DNA of 64,000 nt, from positions 50,663-114,662 of the forward strand of contig JBHLPW010000004.1 of the NCBI GenBank assembly GCA_048939015.1, in the 5' to 3' direction. The stretch is from Promethearchaeota archaeon (GTDB lineage Archaea > Asgardarchaeota > Lokiarchaeia > Sigyniarchaeales > SOKP01). A model generated the notes under the pieces. The model was not told the DNA's origin. It ran no database searches and saw only the letters and a list, made by a program, of their open reading frames with translations. This document shows positions 1 to 10,577 of this stretch, in pieces (the first letter of the stretch is position 1; each line of letters starts with the position of its first letter). Position numbers and translations under genes: made by a program.

Positions 1-2300
1 TGGTACCGTTTGAAGAATTTTTACACTTTATAAAGACCCAAGATTATTATCGTGATCAAATATCTCATATTGAGGATATTCCAGCTCAAAAAGCCCGTTT
101 TGGAGAATTAAAAAAACCAATTAAAAAACGTCTTCAACGTTGGCTAGATAGTTATGGTATTAAATTATGGAATCATCAGGCTGAGGCTATCAACCACATT
201 TTTGATGGTAAGAATACTATAATTGTAACTTCTACAGCCTCAGGGAAATCTCTTTGTTATAATCTTCCTGTTTTAAACTCAATTTTAGAAGAACCATCTA
301 CTACTGCTATCTATGTGTTTCCAACAAAAGCATTAGCTAGAGACCAATTTAATATTTTATCGAATTTATTAACAGATGTAAACATTAAACAAAATCGAAT
401 TGGTGTTTATGATGGTGATGTAGAACCAAATGAAAAAAGATTTGTGTTAAATAATGCGAATATTGTTATCACTAATCCATATGGATTGCATTTCTATTTG
501 CCTTGGTTCAAAAAGAACTGGAGGCGAATCTGCCAGAATTTAAAATATATTGTGTTGGATGAAATTCATATCTATAGAGGGATTTTCGGATCCAACTTTG
601 CCCTGCTACTTAGAAGATTAAAAAGATTACTTGAATCTTATAATGTAAAGCCCCAGTGGATTTTATCAAGTGCTACAATATATAAGCCAAAACAATTTTG
701 TGAAAAGTTAGTAGGTGAAAAGTTTGTAATTGTGGATAAAGATGATTCACCCTCAGGTGATAAAAAAGTAATTTTATGGGATCTACCTTATGATGAGATT
801 TCTAATAAGTATCATTCAGCTCATCAAGAAACTAAAAATCTATTTGTTAGCCATTTAAAACAAGGAATTCAAACTTTAACATTTACACTCTCGAGAAAAA
901 TGGCTGAACTTCAAGCAATATGGACGAGAGATACTTTACCCACATTAAAAGATAAAATCTTCAGTTACCGAGCTGGTATTAGTAAAAATAAAAGAAGAGA
1001 AATTGAACAAAATTTCAAACAAAAGAAAATTATAGGAATTAGCTCAACTAATGCTCTTGAATTAGGAATAGATATAGGGTCTCTTGATGCTACGATCAGT
1101 TCTGGCTTTCCTGCAACAATCTCAAGTTTCAGACAGCAAATTGGACGTTCTGGAAGAGGTACCGAGCTTTCCATATCGACTCTCATACCTATGCAAAATC
1201 CTCTCGATCTCTTCTATATTCATAATCCAGAAAAGTTATTTGGACCAATTCAAGAAGAAATTCTTATCACATTAAATAATAAATATATATTGAGAAATCA
1301 TATTTGTTGTGCATGTAAAGAAAGCCCTCTAAGAGTAGAGGATTATAGTAAATTTGGTATTCAAGATAAAAATCTATTTGAAGCATGTTTAGAGCAATTA
1401 GTCTCAGAATCTTTATTGATGAAAAGAGGGGAACGTTATTTTTGGAATAGTGATTTTTTTCCAAATGAAAAATATGGATTAAATGATCTTTCAAATCGAG
1501 GTTATAAAGTCCTACTAAGAACTGAATTAGGTGAAGAGCTTTTAACTATTGAGGATGAGAGTTTTGTTTTCCGTGACTTACACCAAGGTGCTGTATATCT
1601 TTATGAAGCAGAAACGTATATGGTAGAAGAACTCGACTTACAAGAGAGGTTAGTTTTTCTAAAAAAAGCAAATATAGACTTTTATACCCAATCTTTAAAA
1701 CATACAGATATAACACCTCTCGAAGTAATTTCAGATAAAAAAATAGGTTTAAATAAAAATATAGAAGCCTATTTTGGAAATGTGAAAGTAGAACACGAGT
1801 ATTACTCCTATAAAACCATTGATACATTGACTCAAGAGATACGCTCAAGACAACCACTAGAAGATATACCTATCATAGAGTTCGAGAGTCAGGCTATCTG
1901 GTTTCTTATCCCTTTTGAATATCAAAAAGAATTGGAAATAAAAGGCTATGACCTTGGCGGAACCATTCATGCTATAGAACATGCAATGATAGCTATGGCT
2001 CCAGCGTTAGCACAAATCTCTCGGTGGGATTTGGGTGGTGTCTCCATAGATTTTGATCCTGTTAAATTACAACCTATAATTTATATTTATGATGCCTATA
2101 GAGGCGGAATTGGGATATCTGAAGCATTATATTTAAATTTACATGAATTACTCGAAATGACTTATAAATTGATAGATTCTTGTAGCTGTAAAACTCCTAT
2201 TGGTTGTCCATGTTGTACTCTATCACCAAAATGTGGGAATAATAATGAACCATTAGATAAAGAAGGAGCAAAATTCATCCTTAGCAAACTCATAAAATAA
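1..2300 (+). CDS. DEAD/DEAH-box helicase with C-terminal DUF1998 Zn domain (Hrq1/MrfA-like); start codon probably clipped by the window edge
   Basis: Frame is open from position 3 (VPFEEFLHFIK...). Walker A TSTASGKS lies upstream of the ORF-track start, followed by DEIH, SAT, QIGRSGR and C-terminal CSC..GCPCC...C. Confidence 0.92.
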   Translation, partial: VPFEEFLHFIKTQDYYRDQISHIEDIPAQKARFGELKKPIKKRLQRWLDSYGIKLWNHQAEAINHIFDGKNTIIVTSTASGKSLCYNLPVLNSILEEPSTTAIYVFPTKALARDQFNILSNLLTDVNIKQNRIGVYDGDVEPNEKRFVLNNANIVITNPYGLHFYLPWFKKNWRRICQNLKYIVLDEIHIYRGIFGSNFALLLRRLKRLLESYNVKPQWILSSATIYKPKQFCEKLVGEKFVIVDKDDSPSGDKKVILWDLPYDEISNKYHSAHQETKNLFVSHLKQGIQTLTFTLSRKMAELQAIWTRDTLPTLKDKIFSYRAGISKNKRREIEQNFKQKKIIGISSTNALELGIDIGSLDATISSGFPATISSFRQQIGRSGRGTELSISTLIPMQNPLDLFYIHNPEKLFGPIQEEILITLNNKYILRNHICCACKESPLRVEDYSKFGIQDKNLFEACLEQLVSESLLMKRGERYFWNSDFFPNEKYGLNDLSNRGYKVLLRTELGEELLTIEDESFVFRDLHQGAVYLYEAETYMVEELDLQERLVFLKKANIDFYTQSLKHTDITPLEVISDKKIGLNKNIEAYFGNVKVEHEYYSYKTIDTLTQEIRSRQPLEDIPIIEFESQAIWFLIPFEYQKELEIKGYDLGGTIHAIEHAMIAMAPALAQISRWDLGGVSIDFDPVKLQPIIYIYDAYRGGIGISEALYLNLHELLEMTYKLIDSCSCKTPIGCPCCTLSPKCGNNNEPLDKEGAKFILSKLIK

Positions 2301-2466
2301 AAGGCGTAAAAAGCTAAGAATAAAGTAGAAAAATCAAAATTGATTGAAATTCTTAGAAATTTGAATATAATGTAAAATTTTTAAAGCCAAAAATTATATT
2401 AATACATAATACCAGTAAAAAACCTTTTGAAATAGGTATAATAACCAAAAGTATTGGGTATTTGGG

Positions 2467-3003
2467 TTGTCATATACTTCCACATTCAAAATTGTTATAT
2501 TTGGTGATTCTCAGACTGGAAAAACTACTCTAACTCATAGATTTTTAACGAATCTTTTTAAGCAAGATATTACTATGACTTTAGGTGTGGATTTCCACCT
2601 TAAAGCTATAGAAATAGACGGAGAAATGATAAAACTACAGATCTGGGATTTTGCGGGTGAAGAACGATTTAGATTTCTCTTTCCTTCTTATATTAGAGGA
2701 GCTCACGGAGCAGTCTTTATGTATGATATTACAAATTATGGTTCACTTGCTCATGTAGATGATTGGTTTGAAATCGTAGAAAAAGAGATAAAATCTCATT
2801 TACCAATTATATTTGTTGGTGGCAAAACGGATTTAATACATCTGAAAGAAGTATCTACGAAAAAAGCAATGGATTTAGCAATGACTAAAGGAGCAGATGG
2901 TTTTGTGGAGTGTAGTTCAAAAACAGGCGAAAATATTCATAAAATCTTTAACCTTCTTACGAAATTGATTATAAAAAATCGTGATTTACGAACCGTAGCC
3001 TAA
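2467..3003 (+). CDS. Rab-like small GTPase
   Basis: G1 GDSQTGKT, G2 TLGVDF, G3 WDFAGEE, variant G4 GKTD, G5 CSSK; no C-terminal Cys. Confidence 0.92.
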   Translation: MSYTSTFKIVIFGDSQTGKTTLTHRFLTNLFKQDITMTLGVDFHLKAIEIDGEMIKLQIWDFAGEERFRFLFPSYIRGAHGAVFMYDITNYGSLAHVDDWFEIVEKEIKSHLPIIFVGGKTDLIHLKEVSTKKAMDLAMTKGADGFVECSSKTGENIHKIFNLLTKLIIKNRDLRTVA

Positions 3004-3044
3004 TTGGTATTTAATTAAGTATATAAAAATTTTAGTGTTTTTCT

Positions 3045-3509
3045 ATTAAGATTACTCAAGCAACAGGAGAAGATATTCCTGAGATTGTAGAACTTTGGAA
3101 GGAACTTGCTGATCATCATTCAAAATTAGATTCTTTTTTCACAAGGAGGAAGGATGGACACATCAACTTTAAACCCTTTATATCTGATTTGATTGAATCT
3201 GATGATGCAAAGATATTTGTAGCATTCGAGGATGATCAAATCATAGGGTATACAGTTCCTAAGATCGATCAATATTCACCAGTTTATCTTTTAGAAAAGC
3301 ATGGTTCTATTTATGATATGTTTGTAAGTTTGGAGCATAGAAGAAGAGGGATTGGAAAAAAATTATGGGAGGAAGCTCTTAGATGGTTCAAGGGATTAGG
3401 ATTAGAAAGAGTAGAATTGAGTATTGTACCGACTAATCCTGAATCTTCATCTTTCTGGAAAAAACAAGGATTTTCTGATTATACGCATAGATTATATATC
3501 AAAATTTGA
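3045..3509 (+). CDS. GNAT family N-acetyltransferase (probable ATT start)
   Basis: Acetyl-CoA motif V..EHRRRGIGKKL and C-terminal FWKKQGF. Frame extends upstream to IKITQATGEDIPEIVELWKEL, bounded by in-frame TAG at 3033. Confidence 0.85.
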   Translation: MKITQATGEDIPEIVELWKELADHHSKLDSFFTRRKDGHINFKPFISDLIESDDAKIFVAFEDDQIIGYTVPKIDQYSPVYLLEKHGSIYDMFVSLEHRRRGIGKKLWEEALRWFKGLGLERVELSIVPTNPESSSFWKKQGFSDYTHRLYIKI

Positions 3510-3526
3510 AGATTCCATAATTCTTA

Positions 3527-5350
3527 TCATAAATTTAGAAATCTGAGCTTTTCAGCATTCGGCACTCCAGTTAAATAATCCCAATCACGATATTCATAGA
3601 AAAATTTTTTTAATTTATTAAAATTGGGAGATTTTCCTGCTGATCCTCCACTTTCGAATGGATTCAATAAAATTTGAGGTATTCTATCATCTGAAGGTGT
3701 TAATCCCATTTTTATATTAAACATTCTTTTCATATTAGCTATCCTTTCCCCATATAGCTTTACTTCTTCGAGTCTAAAGTTTAAACCTGTAGCATATTGT
3801 ATAATATCGGCATTATGAGAAGGTAAAGGATTACAAAAAGAACACATTACCATTGAACTATACAAAGCTCTATAATCCATTAATAATGAGCAACATTCTG
3901 CCATTTCCATGTCATCCTTATAAGTGTCAATTTGTTTAATGCCCAACTCCTCTAAAGGAATACCCATTAATACATAATAAGCATCACAAGCATTATGAGA
4001 AGGACCACGGGGGCCTATTCCGTAGGCAATTGACATTCCATAGTTCGCGCGGCTATCATGGTATGTAACTTCTAAATTATCAACAGTAGCAATTTCCTCC
4101 TTATCAATATTAAATTTGTCTGCAAAGTAATTTGAACCTTCGGAAAGAATACTACCAAGTCCTTCTCTTCTAGCTATCTTTTCTATTAATTGATCCACTT
4201 TATCTAATTCACTCCAACCAAGAGTTAATCCATCAATATCTTCTGAATTTATTCTTCCTAAGTTATGATGATAAATTAAGCTTGCAATTACACCACTTGT
4301 ACTAATTGTATCAATTCCGAAGTCATCACACCTTTTATTGAAATAAGCAATAGATTCTAAATCATCATTTAAGATCAAACTACCAAACCCACAAATAGTT
4401 TCATATTCTGGACCTCTTATTTGTTCAGTTTTGTATTTTCCATCTTTGATTTCTATAATCCTTCCACATCCTATTACACATGAATGACAAAATGCCTGTT
4501 TCACTAGGATAGTTTCAGCCATTGTTACCCCTGATATATTTCTTGCTTTTTCCCATTTAGATCTCGTATGATATTTTACAGGTAATTCACCTGTAACATT
4601 ATACATGTCGAGAGCGGCAGCAGTACCATACATTCCCAACATTTGGCTCGCAACTGAGGATTTTACGTAATCCCTTGCATTTTTTATTGCTACGTCCAAT
4701 TTTTCCTTATTCGCGACATTAAGGCTTAAATTAGAACCCTTTACAATTATAGCTTTTAATTTTTTTGAACCAAATATAGCACCCAAGCCAGTTCTTCCAG
4801 CTGCTCTTTGTTCAGAAATTATATTTGCAAATCTAACTAGGTTTTCCCCAGCTATTCCTATACAAGCAACCTTTGCTTTATTATCTCCAAAGACTTCTTT
4901 AAGTTTTTTAGTTGTATAGGATGTATCCTTTCCCCAAATAAACTCTGCATCACTAATTTGAATATTTTGATCATTTATTTCAATATAGACGGGTTTTTCT
5001 GAAGCACCAACTATTTCTATCCCATCATATCCTGCTTTCTTCACTTCAGCTCCAAACCAACTCCCACAATTTGATTCACCCCAGATTCCTGTTAATGGAG
5101 ATTTAGAGCATACGACCCATCTTCCAGTATTTGGAGCAAAAGTTCCGTTAAGAGGACCTGTCATTATCATTAAAATATTTTCTGGAGAAAGTGGATCCGT
5201 TTCTAGTTCTAACTTATCATATAGATAACGACAAGCATATCCTGCTCCCCCTAAGAAGTTTTTCGCAATAGTCTCCTCTAAAGGGGAAGTAGAAATTTCT
5301 TTATTAGTAAGATCAATTTTCAATATCTTTCCTCTAAACGAGTATAATAT
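3527..5350 (-). CDS. aor: Aldehyde:ferredoxin oxidoreductase family protein (probable ATA start)
   Basis: KSPLTG, ESNCG, AAGRTGLGA.FGSKKLKA, CHSCVIGC, GPEYET and DDFGIDTIS motifs. Upstream in-frame ILYSFRGKILKIDLT matches the family N-terminus. Confidence 0.92.
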   Translation of the reverse strand: MLYSFRGKILKIDLTNKEISTSPLEETIAKNFLGGAGYACRYLYDKLELETDPLSPENILMIMTGPLNGTFAPNTGRWVVCSKSPLTGIWGESNCGSWFGAEVKKAGYDGIEIVGASEKPVYIEINDQNIQISDAEFIWGKDTSYTTKKLKEVFGDNKAKVACIGIAGENLVRFANIISEQRAAGRTGLGAIFGSKKLKAIIVKGSNLSLNVANKEKLDVAIKNARDYVKSSVASQMLGMYGTAAALDMYNVTGELPVKYHTRSKWEKARNISGVTMAETILVKQAFCHSCVIGCGRIIEIKDGKYKTEQIRGPEYETICGFGSLILNDDLESIAYFNKRCDDFGIDTISTSGVIASLIYHHNLGRINSEDIDGLTLGWSELDKVDQLIEKIARREGLGSILSEGSNYFADKFNIDKEEIATVDNLEVTYHDSRANYGMSIAYGIGPRGPSHNACDAYYVLMGIPLEELGIKQIDTYKDDMEMAECCSLLMDYRALYSSMVMCSFCNPLPSHNADIIQYATGLNFRLEEVKLYGERIANMKRMFNIKMGLTPSDDRIPQILLNPFESGGSAGKSPNFNKLKKFFYEYRDWDYLTGVPNAEKLRFLNL

Positions 5351-5511
5351 TTTGGTACACCACTTTGTTCTGATTAAAAATCTATTTGGTAATTATGTGT
5401 TTATTTTTTATTTATTTTACTTTTTTATTATTTTTACATTTGAAATATGATTTGTAGAATTTATGAATAATTAAAACAACATTTTTAAACCTTGAAAGTT
5501 GAATAGTAAAT

Positions 5512-6018
5512 ATGGAACCTATAAGCGATTTAAAATGGAAAGATCTTATCTCTCCAACAATGACTCCTGATGATTACTTAAAGATTTATGGTGATAAAGT
5601 TAGAGAAGTCTATGAGAACTATGAACCAAAATCAGATGTTATTCAAACCATTAAAGAAATTCTTGACAATAAGCAAGGAAAATTAAAAATTGTTGCTTTA
5701 GGTGCTGATTGGTGTCCTGATTGTTCAAAATATATACCAAGAATGATAAAATTAATAAAAGATTTAAAAATTGAAAAAGTAAGCTTAGATATATTATATG
5801 GAATTATGGTAAATGCCTTACATAAACCGGGAGAAACTAATTGGCATAAAAAACGTTCCCCCCCAGAAGCAACTGATCCTAAGTTTGATTTGAAAAAAAT
5901 ACCTACATTTTATTTCTTTAATAATGCTGGTAAACATATTGGGGTTATTGTGGAACATCCGAAGTCGAACTCCACCTTAGAAGAGGATATATTGGAGATA
6001 TTAGAAAATAATATATAA
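5512..6018 (+). CDS. Thioredoxin-fold protein
   Basis: GADWCPDC active site and cis-Pro motif IPTFYF. Confidence 0.85.
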   Translation: MEPISDLKWKDLISPTMTPDDYLKIYGDKVREVYENYEPKSDVIQTIKEILDNKQGKLKIVALGADWCPDCSKYIPRMIKLIKDLKIEKVSLDILYGIMVNALHKPGETNWHKKRSPPEATDPKFDLKKIPTFYFFNNAGKHIGVIVEHPKSNSTLEEDILEILENNI

Positions 6019-6089
6019 AGGATTTTTGAAATCTATATCATTATTTTAAATCATCAATATTTAAATTTTTAAGAAGTTATAATAATTTT

Positions 6090-8135
6090 ATGTCAAAATT
6101 AAAAGTAAAAAGAGTTATTATATTTAAGCATGGAGTATCCTATTACATTCTTGAAGGAATCCTTAAGGGTTCTGGTAATTTTGAACTTGAATTCAAAATT
6201 GATGAGATGAATGATGTATTAAAATCACTTTTTGTTTTGGATACGAGTAAAAATGGTTATATTTCATCAATATCTTATGATGCTGCCTTAGATACTGACC
6301 AATTACTAAGATCTATAATGTTAAACATCCCTGATCGTGATTCTTTTTCTTCACTTGTAACCCAGATAAAAGGTGCTGAAGTGGTTTTAACTGTTGGTGG
6401 TGCTAAGAAAGTTTCTGGAAAAATTATGGGGATTGAGTATGTTGAAAAATTGAGTAAAGTTGAAAAAATCACTGAAAAATTATTAACACTTCATCAAGAT
6501 GATGGTACGATAACCAAATATAACTTTTCAGAGATTAAATCATTAGAAATTATGAATGATGAGATTAAAAAGGATTTGAAATTCTTCTTAGACACAGTGA
6601 TTGCTGGAAAGAAGAAAGATGCTAAAAAAATAATTATTAATTGTGAATCTGGAGGAGATGATGAGATTGATAGGAACATTTTTGTGTCCTATATACGTGA
6701 AAGTCCAATCTGGAAAACCTCATATCGATTAATTATGAGTAAGGAACAAGCATTAGAGCAAAAATGTTTACTATCTGGTTGGAGTCTTATCGAAAACACC
6801 ACAAATCAAGATTGGGAAGATATAGAATTATCTCTGGTTGCTGGCATGCCGGTTTCATTTATTTATGAATTTTATAGACCTATTTTTATCCAAAGACCAA
6901 TCATCCAACCACCGAAAGTCCTAAGCGCTAGACCTACTGAAATTGAAGAAGGATTAGAAATGGAGAAATTTACGGAGTATGCTATGGATGAATTGGAAGC
7001 TGCACCTGTAGCTAAAAAAAGAAAAGCAGAAGTCATGAGAACGGGTATGCGTCCTCCTCCAGCACCAGCAGGAGGAATAGGTTTTGCACGAAGTGTTATG
7101 TCAGATGCAGAAATGTTTGATAAAGTAAAATCTCAGGTCAAGACCCAAACAAAAGATCTAGGGGAATTATTTGAATATAATATATCAAATCCAGTAACAA
7201 TTAAACGTAAGCAATCGGCGTTAGTGCCAATCCTTACTGAATCGATTAAAGCGAAGAGAATTTTACTTTATAACAAGAATGAACATGATAAAAATCCTAA
7301 TGCTTGTCTAGAAATTACTAATAATACTAATCTAACACTGGAGAGAGGTCCTGCAACAATCATATATGATGACAATCTTGCAGGTGAAGCGATAATTCCT
7401 TTTTTAAACAAAAGTGATACAAGGTTGCTGAATTATGCTGTAGAACAAGCTGTAATTATAACTTATGAGCAGAAATCCGAAAACTTAAATGTTCATAAAG
7501 TCACTTTTGAAAGTGGATATTCTTATGAATATTATTACACTAATTCAATGACTATATACAAAATTAAAAACAAAACTGAAGAGGAAAAGGAACTTTACCT
7601 TGATCATCCAAAAACCTATGATTTTAAAATTATAGAGAAACCGATTGAGCCTGAAGAAACTCCTAATTATTGGCGATTTAAAATTACTTTAAAACCAAAG
7701 GATGCTATTAATTTTAAACTAAAGGAACAGAGAGAAAATTATTCAAGTGCATATTTATGGAATTATAGCAAGGATGATTTATTAAAACGAGTTAGTTTTT
7801 ATGTCAAAAAGAAATTTATCGAACCAGACCTAGAAAATCGTCTAAAAGAAATTGCAGTATTGATTCAAACTCTAAATGAATTAAGGGCTAAACAAGAAAA
7901 ATTGAATGAAGAGAGAGATATTATGACTGATGAACAATCTCGTCTAAGAGAAAATATTTCGGTTCTTGGTGAAGACAGTCAATCAATATCATTAAAGGAA
8001 CGGTATATAAAGAAATTAAGTGATCAAGAGAGTAGATTTGAGGAGATTAAAAAAGAACTTAAAGATCTGGATAAAAAAGTAAAGGACTTAAATAAAACAA
8101 TCGAAGAAAATATGAATTCACTCTCAAAACCTTAA
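6090..8135 (+). CDS. DUF4139-like protein with C-terminal coiled coil
   Basis: VIIFKHGVSY, PIWKTSYRL, ENTTNQDWEDIELSLVAG and LGELFEY motifs; heptad-rich C-terminus. Confidence 0.7.
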   Translation: MSKLKVKRVIIFKHGVSYYILEGILKGSGNFELEFKIDEMNDVLKSLFVLDTSKNGYISSISYDAALDTDQLLRSIMLNIPDRDSFSSLVTQIKGAEVVLTVGGAKKVSGKIMGIEYVEKLSKVEKITEKLLTLHQDDGTITKYNFSEIKSLEIMNDEIKKDLKFFLDTVIAGKKKDAKKIIINCESGGDDEIDRNIFVSYIRESPIWKTSYRLIMSKEQALEQKCLLSGWSLIENTTNQDWEDIELSLVAGMPVSFIYEFYRPIFIQRPIIQPPKVLSARPTEIEEGLEMEKFTEYAMDELEAAPVAKKRKAEVMRTGMRPPPAPAGGIGFARSVMSDAEMFDKVKSQVKTQTKDLGELFEYNISNPVTIKRKQSALVPILTESIKAKRILLYNKNEHDKNPNACLEITNNTNLTLERGPATIIYDDNLAGEAIIPFLNKSDTRLLNYAVEQAVIITYEQKSENLNVHKVTFESGYSYEYYYTNSMTIYKIKNKTEEEKELYLDHPKTYDFKIIEKPIEPEETPNYWRFKITLKPKDAINFKLKEQRENYSSAYLWNYSKDDLLKRVSFYVKKKFIEPDLENRLKEIAVLIQTLNELRAKQEKLNEERDIMTDEQSRLRENISVLGEDSQSISLKERYIKKLSDQESRFEEIKKELKDLDKKVKDLNKTIEENMNSLSKP

Positions 8136-8162
8136 TATAAATACAATTTTAATTTTTTTATT

Positions 8163-8867
8163 ATGCAAAAACAAATAGAAATCCCACGATTCAAAAGTTT
8201 TTTATATCGCAGTGCATGGCTTTATAATGCAATTACTCGGCGACTGTATAATCAAGACAAAAAATTTCTTACAATAGCTTTACTTATTGGAAAAGGTCCA
8301 AAAAAAGTTTTAGATATGCCATGTGGCACTGGTTATTTAATGAGGTTTCTAGATCCCGCAATAGAATATGAAGGTGTAGATTTAAATCGTCGATTTTTAA
8401 AGCGTATAAAAAATAAAGAGCTCAAAAAAAGAAATATAAAATTAAAGAAAATTATATTACACCAAAAAGATATTTTCGAGTTTGATAATTATAAAGGGGA
8501 AATAAAAGATGTTATCATTATTAGTGATATTCTGCATCATATTTACCCAAAACACATTGAATTAATTAATATAGCAAAGAAAATCTCACGAAAAGTTATA
8601 ATTTGTGAACCTTACACTGTTAAGCCTAAGAAGATTACTGCCCAAGATAAGATTTTTAAAATTATTATTTTTTTTGGTAAATTTCTGCCAGAAGCAATAT
8701 TCAAAATAGTTGATTTCTTCTTTTTAGATAATGATGGTATTAATTCTTACCAAAATAGATCAAAATGGAATCATAACAAAAAAAGCCTAAAACAATTATT
8801 AGAGAATTTGGGATTTACAAAAATCTACAAATTATTTGATGAATATATCGGTATTTGGGAATATTAA
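8163..8867 (+). CDS. Class I SAM-dependent methyltransferase
   Basis: VLDMPCGTG motif I, GVD acidic motif, ILHH motif. Confidence 0.85.
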   Translation: MQKQIEIPRFKSFLYRSAWLYNAITRRLYNQDKKFLTIALLIGKGPKKVLDMPCGTGYLMRFLDPAIEYEGVDLNRRFLKRIKNKELKKRNIKLKKIILHQKDIFEFDNYKGEIKDVIIISDILHHIYPKHIELINIAKKISRKVIICEPYTVKPKKITAQDKIFKIIIFFGKFLPEAIFKIVDFFFLDNDGINSYQNRSKWNHNKKSLKQLLENLGFTKIYKLFDEYIGIWEY

Positions 8868-8892
8868 AAATTCATAGAGGTTTAGTAAGAAA

Positions 8893-9561
8893 TTGAAAGT
8901 CACATTATCATTATGGGATACTGGAGGACAAGAACGGTTTGATTTTTTTAAAACAGACTTTTTTAAGGGAGTTGCAGTTCTAGGTTTGGTTTTTGATTTA
9001 AGTCGCCCAAATACCTTTGATAAAATAGATGACTATTTTAATGAAATTCGAGATAGATCTGGAAACATTCCGATTTTTTTAATAGGAAATAAAAACGATT
9101 TAAAACAAGATATTGGAGAGATAATACCAAGAGAAAAAATTATTCAAAAATTAAATCAATATTATTTATTTGAATACGTAGAAACATCTGCTTTAGAGGA
9201 TAAAAATGTAGAAAAATTGTTTTATAGATTTGCACTCACTGCTTTACTCGATTTTAAACCTAGACTTGGTGAAATTGTTGATTCTAATCATTTTCGATTT
9301 AAAGTTTTACTCGCTGGTGCAGCAGCAGTAGGAAAATCTTCTTTAATAAGAACATTTACAAAAAAAAGCTTTGAACAAGATTATAAATTAACGATTGGTT
9401 TGGACTTCATGATACAGGATCTTGAAATTCATGATGAGGATATTCCCATTGAAACTCAAGAATTAATAAAGAAATCATCGAAAGGATACAAAAAATTAGT
9501 TAAAAAATATCGCAAAAGAGAAGAAATAACTGAAATGATCGAAGTTCTAAAAGAAGCGTAA
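8893..9561 (+). CDS. Circularly permuted Rab-like small GTPase (motif order G3-G4-G5-G1-G2)
   Basis: WDTGGQE at aa 8-14, NKND 66-69, ETSAL 97-101, GAAAVGKS 142-149, TIGLDF 167-172. Confidence 0.85.
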   Translation: MKVTLSLWDTGGQERFDFFKTDFFKGVAVLGLVFDLSRPNTFDKIDDYFNEIRDRSGNIPIFLIGNKNDLKQDIGEIIPREKIIQKLNQYYLFEYVETSALEDKNVEKLFYRFALTALLDFKPRLGEIVDSNHFRFKVLLAGAAAVGKSSLIRTFTKKSFEQDYKLTIGLDFMIQDLEIHDEDIPIETQELIKKSSKGYKKLVKKYRKREEITEMIEVLKEA

Positions 9562-9581
9562 GGATTTTTACTTGAAACTTA

Positions 9582-10577
9582 TTAAACAAAGTGTTTTTGA
9601 CTTGCGATCATATCTGCTTCATGAACTAAATTGGCTAGTTCATTCATTTCTATAGGATAATATTTACTCCATTGACCGTGATGGAATATTATTGCTTTAT
9701 ATATATCATCATCATAAAATAAGATATCTTTATTTTTTCTAAGAACTGCTATTGCCTCTTCAACGTGGTGATGCCTACCCTCATAATTAAATTTTCTTAC
9801 TATCTCTTCATGAACACGGTCTAATTCTTCGCGTTCTACAATGATCTTAGATGAAAAATCCTTTTTTCTATAAGAATAATACGATATTTTTCCAAAATCG
9901 TGATATATTGCTGTTAAAACCGCTTTTTTAAGATCTATTTGATCGATCATAGAATTACTCAATTTAAAGGTATAATTTGTTACTAATAAGATATGATCAA
10001 AAAGACCCCCTATATACCCTCCATGAAATCCTCTTAAGGCTGCTGGTAATTTTTTTGCTTCTTTCAAAATGTCTCTTAGAAATTCTTTTGTTGAATCAGA
10101 AAGTTCAATAAGATCAAAAAAGAAATCAAATCCCTTATAATCGAAATTTATCTCCTTTTCAAGATCTTTATTTATAAAGTGGTTATAATCTGAAAAGTCA
10201 ATATGATTACTCTGAAAAAGCTTGACTTTCTTCTCATCGAACTCTTTTAGAAACCAGTTAGCTAATGCTGAATCTTTTTTATTTAGAAGGTAAAAAAATT
10301 TTACGATATGTTTGCAAAATCTATTATTAGGTTTTTTTCTTGCTAAATAATCAGGACAATCATGATTAATAAAATTGTATAAAGTCTTCTGAGAAATATC
10401 AAAATTAATTTTATATGGAACTAATTTATTTCCTTGTACTTCAGCCTCAATTATTCCATTTTCTTTATCAATTTTCAGAATTCTTATACAATCATCTGAA
10501 ATGGATTTAGCGCGATCCAAAGTTTTTTTATCACTAAAAATCTTAAGCTTCTCTTCAAAGTTGTATTGATTAACCAT
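9582..10577 (-). CDS. SWIM-like Zn finger fused to an HD domain (YhaM-like HD motif)
   Basis: AEVQG..PY, HDCPD...FCKH; FHGGYIGGLFDH, YHDFGK, FHHG, HEADMIAS. Confidence 0.75.
   Translation of the reverse strand: MVNQYNFEEKLKIFSDKKTLDRAKSISDDCIRILKIDKENGIIEAEVQGNKLVPYKINFDISQKTLYNFINHDCPDYLARKKPNNRFCKHIVKFFYLLNKKDSALANWFLKEFDEKKVKLFQSNHIDFSDYNHFINKDLEKEINFDYKGFDFFFDLIELSDSTKEFLRDILKEAKKLPAALRGFHGGYIGGLFDHILLVTNYTFKLSNSMIDQIDLKKAVLTAIYHDFGKISYYSYRKKDFSSKIIVEREELDRVHEEIVRKFNYEGRHHHVEEAIAVLRKNKDILFYDDDIYKAIIFHHGQWSKYYPIEMNELANLVHEADMIASQKHFV

Noticed and set aside
8860-8900. Frameshifted or missing N-terminus for the 8893 GTPase
   Set aside because: Only 25 nt of intergenic space, and the missing G1/G2 elements are present downstream in the same frame.
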